Assembly (NCBI GenBank): GCA_905178155.1
Contig: CAJINV010000018.1
Span: 600,609 to 664,608 of the forward strand
Direction of reading: 5' to 3'
Source of the DNA: Amoebophrya sp. A120
Lineage: Eukaryota; Protista; Dinoflagellata
Length of the DNA stretch: 64,000 nt
In this document: positions 25,801 through 37,800 of the stretch, piece after piece
Numbering within the stretch: the first letter of the stretch is position 1
How the letters are laid out: each line of letters begins with the position of its first letter
Made by a program: the position numbers and the translations under genes
The notes under the pieces: generated by a model
Seen by the model: the letters and a program-made list of their open reading frames with translations, nothing else
The model's database searches: none
Told to the model about the DNA's origin: nothing

Positions 25801-28800
25801 CCGCGTAACCCGGGTTCATGGTGATAAATGCACCAATCGTCGCGATCAGCTTGATCTCCTCGTCCATGAACAGAAACGTCTTCGCGTTCTCACGAATCGC
25901 ATCGAGAATAGCTTTGTATTGCGTGGATACCACGGACAACACCTCGATCGAGATCCGGTTAAACTCGTCGAAACAACCCCAAGCACCGACCTGCGCCAGC
26001 CCCATAAAAATGTTGGCAGTCGTCAAGTACGACATCTGATCGGAACAGTTGAACACCACGATCGGCAAAGCCAGTGCGCGGCATAAATCTTTGGTGGTTT
26101 CGGTCTTTCCGGTTCCGGCCGGGCCGGCCGGCGCGCCGCCGAGAGTCAAGTTCAAGGCCTGCGACAGCGTGATGTAGCACCTATCCGTCAGCGGGGTAAT
26201 CACCAACCGACCGCAGTTTCCAACGTATTCGTAGAGGTAGACGGTGACCCAATCGCAGATCTTCACAAAGCACGTCTTTAGCTCGTCCGGAGTGAGACTG
26301 ACCAGAGTCGGCGGGTTCTGCGGTTTTGGTCCGATGTAGAACTTCAACTGCGACTGCCACGCGAAGGCCGCGGCGTCCATGATCTTCTTGTTTACGAAGC
26401 CCTCGACGACATCCCGGCCGTGCACATCGATGGTAATCACAGTGATGATCTTCACGCGGAGTTCGGGAGACAAGTCGGTCTGCACACGAATAATAAACTT
26501 CTCAATCCGGTCGTCGCAAACGCGTTTGTAATCCTTCATCGCGGTCTCACTTCCCGCTTCGATCTCCTCAAACGCGCGACCGGTCTCCTCCGTCCACACC
26601 ATCATGGTGATCAGGAGCGCAATCTGCATTGCAAATATGTCTGGGTGTGGAAGCTTGCAACTTCTCATGCTGACTTTGGACTCTAAAAAAATTTGTATTG
26701 CATGACCAGCAAGAGGAGCCCAGTTTGGGACTACTAGTGAGGAGGGCGCTTCTCATGCGGAATAGGCATCAGGAAGGGTTCTAAAAACCTGTAATGCTAG
26801 GGCATACATCACAAACTATCATGGGTCATGCGAAATATGCATGACAAACCTTGCACTCTTCCAGACCCAGACATATTTGCAGTTGATACGCAATCTGCGC
26901 GCAGTACGGTTCCAGCCAGAATTCTCGGGGATTGTCGATCTCCCAGTTCTCCGCGGTGCCGCGGGCAACCTCCATCTGGTCGCGCAACACTAATCTCACA
27001 TGACCTTCCAGGTTGTAGAGGTACGTCTCCACGGCACCGGCAAGGGTGAAATCTTCATGGAACGCCACATACTCACCATCCTTCGCGACCATACCACAAC
27101 CGATCTTCCCGTCGTCCGGAGACTTGGAGAAGTCCAACGTTTTCGTTGCGTCGAACACGTCCCCCAAGTACGCCGCGACCTTCAATGGGCGGTTACCATT
27201 GGAGAGGATATCCAGAAGCGCCTGATTATGGAAGCGTCAGGTTTGAAATCGTCAAAGTTGACATAATTTGTAATGCATAAAATGCATGACCCGAGGTACG
27301 TGTGTTGCAGAGCAGGCAAGTGAGGCCGATTGTAAGCCTGTTTGGGGTTACAGCTCGAGCTGCTAAAGTAGCATGATAAAATCGCTCTTCTTTGCCTAAA
27401 CAGCATGACAAACTGGATTTAAGGGCCGCCAAGATTTGTCATGCGCCACTTGGAAACTGGGTTCCAACTGGCATCCATTTTATGCATGACAAATTATTTC
27501 AACTTTGTCGATTTCAACTCTGACACATCCATACTGATTCGCCACGAAGTAGAACCGCGGGAACGCTTTTTTCTTCTGCTCTAAATAGTCGTTCAGTGCC
27601 TTCTCACACGTCTCGATGGTTTCGTGGATCTCGCGCAGCGCATCCAGCCGGCCCTCGGCGCAGCAGATTTCGACCAGCATGGTGGACTGCGAGGCGTCGA
27701 GCATCAGCTCCTTCCACTTGCCGTCCACCGCCTCAAATATCCTGAGTAAAAACGTACCCACACCAGAGTCAAGATGGGGAATCGGCTAGACAAATCCACA
27801 AGTTTTGGCTGTTTTGCATGACAAATTTGGATTCGTAGTATAGTGCTGTTTCAGCTAGCTCAGCAGCATCACAGATCTAGCATACCATGCTGATTGGAGC
27901 ATGACAAATTGCAAAACACGACTAGAAAATGCTTCTCATGGAGCTCCGCATGAGAAACATTTTCAGCATGCAGATTTGCATTACAACTCTGGTGTGGGTA
28001 CGTTTTTACTCAGGATATCAAACCTTTTCGATTCATCCGGCAGCTGCGACCGGATATCGTCGGACTGCATGAAGATGGGCTCCTATCCAGGAAAAAAAGT
28101 GTGTAAGTGTAGCTTTCATCTTTGAGAAACAGCATCACAAATTTGCTCTACATGACAGAGAAAACCTGTCATGCATGATTTGTAAGGGAAAACACACATG
28201 AAAATAGGACTTCATGGCTGTCTGGCATGACAGGTGTAACTCTGTTGCATCTTCTGCAACACAAATTTACACTTACACAGTTTTTTTCTTGCATAGCTCC
28301 AATCGCGACCAGTTCAGCTGCACCTTCTGCCAGATGTCGACGACCGCGTCGATGGTTCTCAATTTCGCGGACCACTCGTCCACCACCGCCTGACAGAACT
28401 CGATGAACCGGCCCTGCGAGGTCATACCGACCATTTCTAAACTGTGCGCTTCCAGAATCTCGACAGTCTCACCTAATTCCTCCAGCAGCGGCACGCTATC
28501 AAATGCAAAATTGTCTGGGTCTGGAAGGATCCACCAAGGTTTGTCATGCACATTTTGCATGGCTCCTATGTCTGTGATGCATGCCCTAGCATCACAGATT
28601 TTGTGACGGCTTCCTGATGCCTATAGCTATACCGCATGACAAATGCTCTTTCCGTGTAGCAAAACTTGTACTCTCTTTGCTGCTCATGCAATACAGATTA
28701 TTTTAGAATCGAAATGCAGCATCACAAGTTCCAATTTTCCAGATCCAGATCCAGACATTTTTGCAATCCATACACGTCCGGGTTTGACATGTTGAACCGC

Positions 28801-31800
28801 ATCTCCATCTTCGACCACGTGTTCCGGATGATGGTCAGCTATCAGGTGCAAAAGTGTCTGGGTCTGGAAGAGTGTAGACTTGTCATGCAGATTTTCCATG
28901 ACCCATGAGGACTGCCATCCAGGACTTAGCATGACAGACTCTCCGAGGTCTCTGCCATGCCTATTCTGCATGAGCAACTCAGTTCCAACTTGGTCAAAAG
29001 TGGACAGCTTTTCGCACTCATGCAACACAGACTCTTGCATGCTTCAGATTTACCATGACAAGTTGCAGTCTTCCAGACCCAGACATTTTTGCAATGCATA
29101 TCAGCTTCTTGTCGATCTTCGCTTCCTTTGCAGATTGGTCCACGATTTCGGACACATCGTCCGCGTAGTGGTGGAGGTTCAACACCAACAAATCTTTAAA
29201 GCAGAAGTTCGGGCCCTTCTCGAAGTGCTTCCCGGTGACCGTCATGATCATGGTCCAGTGGCGGTCGCGCATGGTGTCGGACCGCAGGTCGTTGATCAGG
29301 GGGAGCACTGTCGCCATGTTCTTCACCTGGTCGATCAGCCAGTTGTACAGCGGCCAGGTGCGCATGCCCTTCGGCATCACCTTCATTTGCATCTGGAACT
29401 CCTTCACCCGCTGCATCAGATCGTCGGTGTTGATCTTGTCCCACAGTGTGGTGTTCCAGTCTTTAAACGTGGTCTTGATCATGGAGATGGTGTCCCACAA
29501 GTTCTTCAACAGGCCCAGATCGTCCAGCGACTCCTTCAGACTGCGATAGTTGGACACCGAGATGTCGAACAAAATCTCGAGATTGTTGTACTCCTTGGCC
29601 TTCTTCTGGATCTCGTGCGTCTTCACGTAGTAGTCATCCAGCGTCTGGTAGGCGCGGTCGTAGCCCTCCGCCTCGAACGCGTCGATCAGTTTCTGCGCGT
29701 CCTGCGAGTTGGCCGCCTCGTCGATCTGCGCCTGCAGCTCCTCCGGAATCGGGAGGTCCAAGAACCGGCTGTGGTCGAAGGGACACTCCGCGCGGAACTG
29801 CGCGCGGAAGTCGCCGACGGTGGACCCGAAGGAGTCGATGGTGTGACGGATCTTCAACATCTCGACGTTCTGCAGCGGCAAAATCCTCTCACGCTCGTCG
29901 AACGCGGCCCGAATCACCTCCTCCCACCGGGCCGGCGCCGCCTCGAGCTCGATCAGGTGCTCCTCCGCGACCGGGACGCCGTGCTTGCGCAGCAGGTTGC
30001 AGCCCTGGCGGATGGTATGCTGTGCAAAAGTATCGCACTCGTATCGTATAAATGCAGGTCTTGCATTACAAATTTCTTTGTCAAGGCAAATCAGCATTAC
30101 AAATTTTATTTCTCATGCTGAGCAAATCTGTAATGCATTTATACGAGTATGATACTTTTGCAGTTCATAGATGGGCTCGAACAGCGTTTTCAACGGTCCC
30201 TGCAGGAACTTCACGTCGCGGATGTGCGTCATGGTCTGGTACAACAGCGCGGAGTTTTCCGGATCGTCCGCCGGGGAGATCTCGGTCAAGCCCTTCTGCA
30301 CGTTGTTGATGAAGCCCATCAACTGCACAATGCGCTCCTCGACGTAGCTGTGCAGGTACATCGAGTACTTCTCCTCCCACTTCGCGACGTACTGCACCAG
30401 GTTGATCTATGGATGTGTCAGGTTTGAAATCGACAAAGGTGAAATAACTTGTAATGCAAAAAATGTATGAACGTTGTGACCCAGTTTCCAAGTCGCGCAT
30501 GACAAATTTGGGTAGAGCCGGAATCCGGTTTGTCATGCTGTTTGGGTAAGAAAGACGCCTTTTGTCATGCTACTTTAGCAGCTCAGTTTCTACTCCTCAA
30601 CAGGCTTACAATCTGCCTCACTTACCTACTCTGCAAGACAGGCACTTTGAGGGTTGCATTTTATGCATGACAAACTATTTCAACTTTGACGCTTTCAAAC
30701 CTGACGCTTCCATATGATCTTCACGGGCTGCGAGTTATCAAAAGGAAAAATCCCCCCTCCCCATATCAAAACGGAATTCTGTGATGCAGATTTGTTGTCA
30801 CAAATCAGCTTTGTCATGCTACACGGGAAAAGATGCGGACTGTAGTGCTGGGTGGCGTGGGGGAGCCTTGCATCTTCAGCATGATAGGAGGCAGCTGCGA
30901 GCGGGAAACAGCATGACAAATTGCCTGCAAACGAGACCACGACTGCGGCTCTTGGCCTTCTAGCATGACAAGTCGATTTGGTACCTCAAATCCTGCATCA
31001 CAGATTTCCATTTCGATATGGGGAGGGGGGATTTTTCCGTTTGATACGAGTTGATGCGCAGCCAGTGGATGTCCACCGGGGTTTTCGTCCCCGCAATTTC
31101 CTCCTTCAACCGCTTGAACCGCGTGATCTGCTCGTCGAACCGCTCGAACGGCGGGATCTTGGGTCCCATGTCGATGCCGGCCGTGTCCATCAGCGTGTGG
31201 AAATCCATGCCGTCCTCCACTTCCGGGTTGACCAAGTCCTTCGCGCCGTCCAGCAAAAAGTCGGCGAAGGTCTCTTCGAGGGATTCCTTCCACAAAAAGC
31301 TGTGCTGCATGAACGTCTGTCGGTAGTCGATGCACTTCATCTCCGTGTTGTCGATCAGTTCGAACACGAGAGACAACAAGCATTGCATCTGGAAGTGCTC
31401 CTTCATCTCGTTCAGGTAATCCCCGGTACCGGTGTCCAACCGTGGCATCGTCACCGCCGCCATGGCGAAGAAGTCGCGGAGCCAGCCGTTGATCGTCCCG
31501 CGGAGCGCGACGCCGTCCTTTTCCTTCGGCGCGAACGGCGGGTCGAACACGATTTCCCCGCTTTCCGGGTCGAGTTCGATTTTGATGTCGAACAGCGGCT
31601 GTACGTCGTGTCTTGAGATGATCAGCGGGTCCAGAATCTCGCACAGGTACTGCAGCGAGACCGCGATCACGGACACGAAACCCTCGATCATGATGTTGTT
31701 CACGAAGTCCACGTAGTTTTTCCAGATGTTCGAGGACTTCGCGACCTTCAGGGCCTCGTTGGAATCCTTCAGGAACTTGTGGATCTCCTTGCCCGCCTCG

Positions 31801-34800
31801 CCCATCATGTGCAACCGCGTGCCGACGTTGGCCTTGTGCGCCAGGTCGAACTCGTCCACGGCCATCGGTTTGGCTTTTCGTTCCAACAACGGACTCTGGC
31901 ATATGGCGCTCTCAAGCGTTACATTCTCAACTCTTACATGAATTTGTCATGCAAAAGCACCTTAAGCCGGCAGATGATCGAGCTGCGTCGCATGACAAAT
32001 TTCGCGAGGGCTACAAAGCATCTAAATCTGCGCCAAACTTGTAATGCAAAAGGCGCAATCTTCCTCCTTCCAATTTTGCCAGTCTTGCATTAGAAATCCA
32101 TGTAACAGTTCAGAATGTAACATTTGAGAACTCCATATGGCACCACTGCTCGATGATGGCGGAGATCTTTTTCAAATTTCCCTTGATTGCGTCCACCACA
32201 TCGGACTATCAAATGCAACAATGTCTGGGTCTGAACATGCTAAACTTGTAATGCTGTCTCTGGATTCTGAAAAAAATTGTATTGCATGTTGACCAGCAAG
32301 GGGATTCCAGTTTTATCTACGCGGAGAGGGCGTTTCTCAAGCGGTAAAGGTATCGCAAAGCGCTCTAAAAATCTCTGATGCTACGGCATGCATCACAGAC
32401 ATCACGGGTCATGGAAAAGATGCATGACAAATCTAGAAATCTTCCAGACCCAGACATTTTTGCATTTGCTACGGACACTTCACCGACCACGTCTGTGACA
32501 AATTTGATCAAAGCGGGGATCTTGTCCTGTGTAAAAACGTCCCCACCCCGCCAGAGTTGTCATGCAAACGTGCAATGACAGGAACATTTGTAATGCGCTT
32601 TTCCTTGAGAGGTATTTCCAGTCGTGTTTTGGAATTTGTAATGCTGTAAACACGATGAGTAAATGGCTTTCTCTTGTTACGGCTTTCCTTGCCAACCAGC
32701 ACTACACTGCAGATGGAAACTTGTCATGCAGAACTCTCAAAAGTTGGAGATTTGTGTTGCAGATTTCCCATGTTGACTATGGTGTGGGGACGTTTTTCCG
32801 TAGGATAGATTTTATCCTCGGTCTTCCACCGGAGGTCCGTCAACCCCGGACTCAGCGCGCTGTCCATGCGGACGATCTTGTCCTCTAACAGCGGCTCTTC
32901 CACAGGTAATAGCTCTGTTAACACTGCTATCCACAGTAAATTTCCCGCACACGTACAGATGCGGTCTCTGCATGACAAAACTTGGTTTCGATCCTAGTTT
33001 AGCATGACAAGTTTTACGCTCCAAATTGGTGAAATTTGTGATGCATGTTGTACATGTACGGAAAATTTGTATTGCATAACTGCGTTGTATTTTCCGACCA
33101 CGATATCCAGCTGGCCGCACCAGGTGCGGTACACGTCGGCGCGCGAGAAAATGTTCAGTGCGGTTTCGTATCAACTGCAAAAGTGTCTGGGGTTGGAAAA
33201 CTAAAGTGTAAACTTGTCATGCAGATTTTCCATGACCCATGAGGTCTGGAATGCGGGACTTAGCACGACAGACTTTACTGCGAGGTCTGTGCAATGCTTA
33301 ACTCCAAAGAGGGCGTGCGCTAATTCATATCTACACACAATTCAAATGAATTTCAAAAGTTTGAAGTTTTGAACTTTCGAGGGCGATCTGGCATTGGGGC
33401 ATGAATGTTCCAAATCAAGTCGAAATGAATGAAAACAAATATACAACGAATTCCGCCCGGCAGAGCTACGCCGGGCACATCGCCCTGCACACACCGCCAT
33501 GCAGCTGCCCAGCCGGGACGGACAAGCAGGGCAACAGAGCAGGAAATAAAACCAGGAAAGGTGCACGCGCGCCACCACGAACGGACAGAGCGGGGCCCGC
33601 CATAAAGCATGGCCCGGCCCCATGAGCCGACACGCCCCGCCCCCTGCGGAATGGCGCGGCACACTGCAGGAAAAAAATAGCTAGCAAGCCGGAACGGGCG
33701 AAGGCCAATCGGGGGGCTTGTGTCATGTACCTGGCTTTCGTTTGCAGGACCACCGGGGGGGGGGTACGGGATTCCCGGCAGGGCCAGACGAGAAGACAAC
33801 AAAAAGATCGCGCGCGCGCAGCGCGCGCGCGTTTTTTTTTTTCCCCAAAGAAAAAAAGCAACGCGGGGCAGACTGGTTTTCGGAAAGAAGTGGCGCAACC
33901 AGCAGGCCTCCGCGCGAAAAGAAACACAGAGGGGGCGAGCAAGCCAGACAGACCAAGCCAGAGGACGCGCCCGCTCGGCGGGGTATAGGAATATCGCGCC
34001 ACGAGGAAAAAGCTGAGGATGCGCGGGGCCAGATTTCGAAAGGAAATCACGCCCCCATCTACATTCTTAGCGGCAATCGAGCACTTCTAGCGGCAATCAT
34101 GGATTTCTAGCGGCAATCAAGGAATTCTAGCGGCAATCAAGGAATTCTAGCGGCAATCAAGCAATTTCAGCGGAAATCAAGGACCCGCCAAACAGGTCAC
34201 AGGTCGGTCATAAATCGGTCAGAATTCGGTCCCTATCTTAGAAATCAGGACATGACCGATTTTTTTTGGGTCTGTGATTTTTTTTGATTGAAGTCCGGGA
34301 CCAGAACGAAAGCGCTCTTTTTTATTTTTAATAATTTTTAGTCTTAGAAAATAAATCCTGGCAGCTCCGTCTCGATGGCGCCGGCGTTCCATTGACGAAA
34401 ACCTGAGCGGCCGCCGCTGTCGCTGTGCTACCAAGAAAAGGCACTGCCTCTGCAGGTAGAGGACCCGCTCCTAAGACATATCCAAAGCAAATGAATCACC
34501 GCTGCAGGCGGCGGAAGTTTGTCTGTCTTCCTTGCAGTGAAACTGGTACGCACTGACTTTCAAGCAGAGAAGAACATCTGTCCAAGACATGAAAAAAGTC
34601 AGAAGCCGGCATATAGCCGCCCAGATATTGCGTATCGCTATCAGATGAGGGAAGAAGAGGTCTTTCCTCTGTGGGGCTGTTCACTGCAAGGTCGCCTCTT
34701 GCTCGCCCACAGTGGCGAAGCAATGCGCAAATACCGCTACCATATCAAGATGCGCAAATGCCGAAGCTCGTCCTCCTGCACAAATGCCGAGAGGGTAAAG

Positions 34801-37800
34801 AACTACAATAAAGAGGCGCGCTCAGAACTAGGTAGGCAAGAGGAAGGACGAACCCTAACTAAAAGACCATCAAAGAAGGAAGGCCGGCCTTGTTGCCGAT
34901 GGTCAAAGAAATAAAGCCATGAGGGTGTCAATAAGCGATCTAGCTAGAAGGCGAAAACTCAACACAACGGCATGACTGGAGTATTCGAAAAGAAGCACGC
35001 TCGAAAGGAGCACGAAAATCGCTTGCGAATCTAGTATGGAAGGGCTGGGGCTACTGATGCGCCGCATTATACATGCCAACCTAGAACTAGCACTCTACTA
35101 CTCGAAAAACTGAAATTGCTGAACTTTTGAATTTCATTTGAATTGCGTTGCGATTCAATTTAGCGCCGGGTGCTTCTGCGTTAATGCAATGCCTATCCTG
35201 CATGAGAAATAACTCCATCCTAACTTGATCAAAAGTGGACAGCTTTTCGAGGTAATCGCGCAACGCAGATTTTTACATGATTCAGATTTACCATGACAAG
35301 TTGCATCAACCTTCCAGACCCAGAAATTTTTGCAATTCATATTTCCGGGACCTCTAAGCCGAACAGCAGGAAATATCGCACTTCCCGGAGCAACCGGACC
35401 AGAGCCGGGTCGATATCCACAGGAAATTTCCCGTACACGTACAGATGCGGTGTCGGCATGACAAAACTTGGCTTCGATCCTAGTTTAGCATGACAAGTTT
35501 TACGCTCCAAATTGGTGAAATTTGTGATGCATGCTGTACATGTACGGGAAATTTGTGTTGCATAGTCGAAGTTCACCTTCAACAAACCGGTTTTCTCCAA
35601 CCTTCGCAACAACCGCATCTTCAGCTTCTCCTTCGTCGGTTCGACCTGCGTTGCCTTCCACTCCTTGTACTTTTTACCCTCGTACTCGTCAAAGAGTTCG
35701 GATAACTGGTTGTACAACTTTTCCACTTCCCGGTACTCCTCGGGTTTTTCCCTTATGGAAGCGTCAGATTTGAAATCGACAAAGTTGAAATAACTTGTAT
35801 TAATGCTGCATAAAATGGATGAAAGTTGTAACCCAGGTTCCAAGTGGCGCATGACAAATTTGGGTAGAGCCGAAATCCACTTTGCCATGCTGTTTGGGTA
35901 AGGAAGATGCCTTTTGTCATGCTACTTTACCAGCTCTATTACTACCCCTCAACAGGCTTACAATCTGCCTCCGATGCCTACTCTGCAACACAGGCACTTT
36001 GTGGGTTGCATTTTATGCATCGCAAACTATTTCAACTTTGACGATTTCAATCCTGACAGATCCATATCCCTGACCAACTTGTTAAACACCAGCAGCTTGC
36101 TCATGGGCATGTCGATGCGCTGCTTCAGTGCGCGCACCCAGTAGATGGCGCCGGCGACGGGTGGGAAGTTCAGGAACAAGGGCGCAATGTCGGACACCAG
36201 GTCGATCTGCGCTTTGTTCTGGCTGAACAGCGTCTTGCACACCTTCAAATCCGCGCGGACGTTGGTGAGCAGAACCGTGTACTTCTTTTCCAACTCGTCC
36301 TCCAGAATCGGGCGCTCCAGCAAGCCCTCGAACCCGTCGAAGAGCTTCGCCCGGCCCGCCACGGAGTCCAGGTCGTCGAACCCGAGCCCGAGCACGGTGG
36401 CCATTCGCCGGTCCAGCTCCCGGATGGACATGCGGAAGGCGAAGAAATCGTCGTCGAACCGCATCTCGTTGATGTCCATAATGTCGTACTCGACCGCTTG
36501 AAAGTATGCAAGCGCCAGGATCGAAATCAACAAAATCGAAATAATTTGTGATGCATAAAATCGATACCAGTTGGAGCCTTAGTTTCCAAGTAGTGCATGA
36601 CAAATTTTGGGAGCAACAAAATCCAGCCCGTCATGCTGTTTTGGCAAAGAAGACTGCTCCTGTCATGCTACTCCGGCAGCGCATCGTCTTCCCTAAACAG
36701 GCTTGTAATCGGTCTCATTTGCCTGCTCCCCAATACAGGCCATATGTGCCCTACATTTTATGCATTACAAATTTTGCGATTTTGCAGATTTCGATCCTGA
36801 CACTCCCATAGAAAGGTGGCGACCGCGCGCTGGAACTCCTCGTAGATGTTCACAATCGTATCAAATGCAAAAGTGTCTGGGTCTGGAAGAATGCGCGACT
36901 TGTCATGCAGCTTTTCCATGACCCATGAGGTCTGGAATGCAGGACCTAGCATCACAGATTTTGCGCGATCTCTCTCATGCCTATCCTGCATGAGCAACTC
37001 CCTCCCGACTTGGTCAAAACTGGACGACTTTCGGTAATCATGCAACACAGATTTTTGCATGCTTCAGATTTAGCATGACAAGTTGCATTTTCCAGACCCA
37101 GACATTTTTACATTTGATAAATCGCCTGGGTGAGCAACTTTCCCTTCGTGCCGCCGATGTCGATCCGCTCCAACTTGATGAACTGCACGATCGTCTTGGT
37201 GAAGTCCAAAATGTCGCGGCACCGCTCGCGGAACGCGTCCAACCGCACGAACAAGGCGTTGGACTGGATCTTCCACCCGCCGTTCGGCTGCTGCTCCGCG
37301 ATGTCCTTGTACATGGCGTACCGGTCCTTAAACTCCGTGCAAATCGCGAGGGTCCTTTCCAATTTGTCCACCGCTTCCTTCGCCTCCTCGTTCTGGATCA
37401 ACGTGAAGATTTGCGGCCCGTTGATGTACTTCAGTGACTGGTTGATGATCACATTGCACACTTCGCGGATCAACACGACCAGTCTCCCCGGGGTGTTGTA
37501 GTACTTGCTGTACTTCCAGATCAGCAGAATGGTGTGCAGCAGCCCGTCGAAGCAGTTCGGGAGCTTCTCGTAGTCCGCCCCATCGTTGGTCAAAACGTCG
37601 AAGAAGGGAACCAGCGTCTTCAAAAAGTGATCGTTGTCGATCGCCTCGTCCCGCGCCTGCTCGACCTCCTTCTGCAGTCGGGAGCAGGTATCACACAGAA
37701 AAAAGCTGGCGGGTCATATTTGTATATGCAAAAATAAATAGACAAAAAAAATTTGTATTGCATATCCTAAATAGCATGCTATGAGGCCGCCCATGACAGA

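Larger units (their letters stand above)
33169..35341. mobile_element. Introner family B (dynein), expanded to 2173 bp by a nested transposon
   Basis: Family B halves on both sides of 33298-35184; DR TTTCG/TTTCC; restores LEVPETALNIF. Confidence 0.88.

Noticed and set aside
18387-31941. Many plus-strand ORFs over the dynein gene
   Set aside because: Antisense shadows of a GC3-rich coding sequence; no recognisable motifs.
33298-35184. piggyBac call from the TTAA at both ends
   Set aside because: An 8-bp duplication lies outside the TTAA, and uninterrupted family-B introners have no TTAA at this position.
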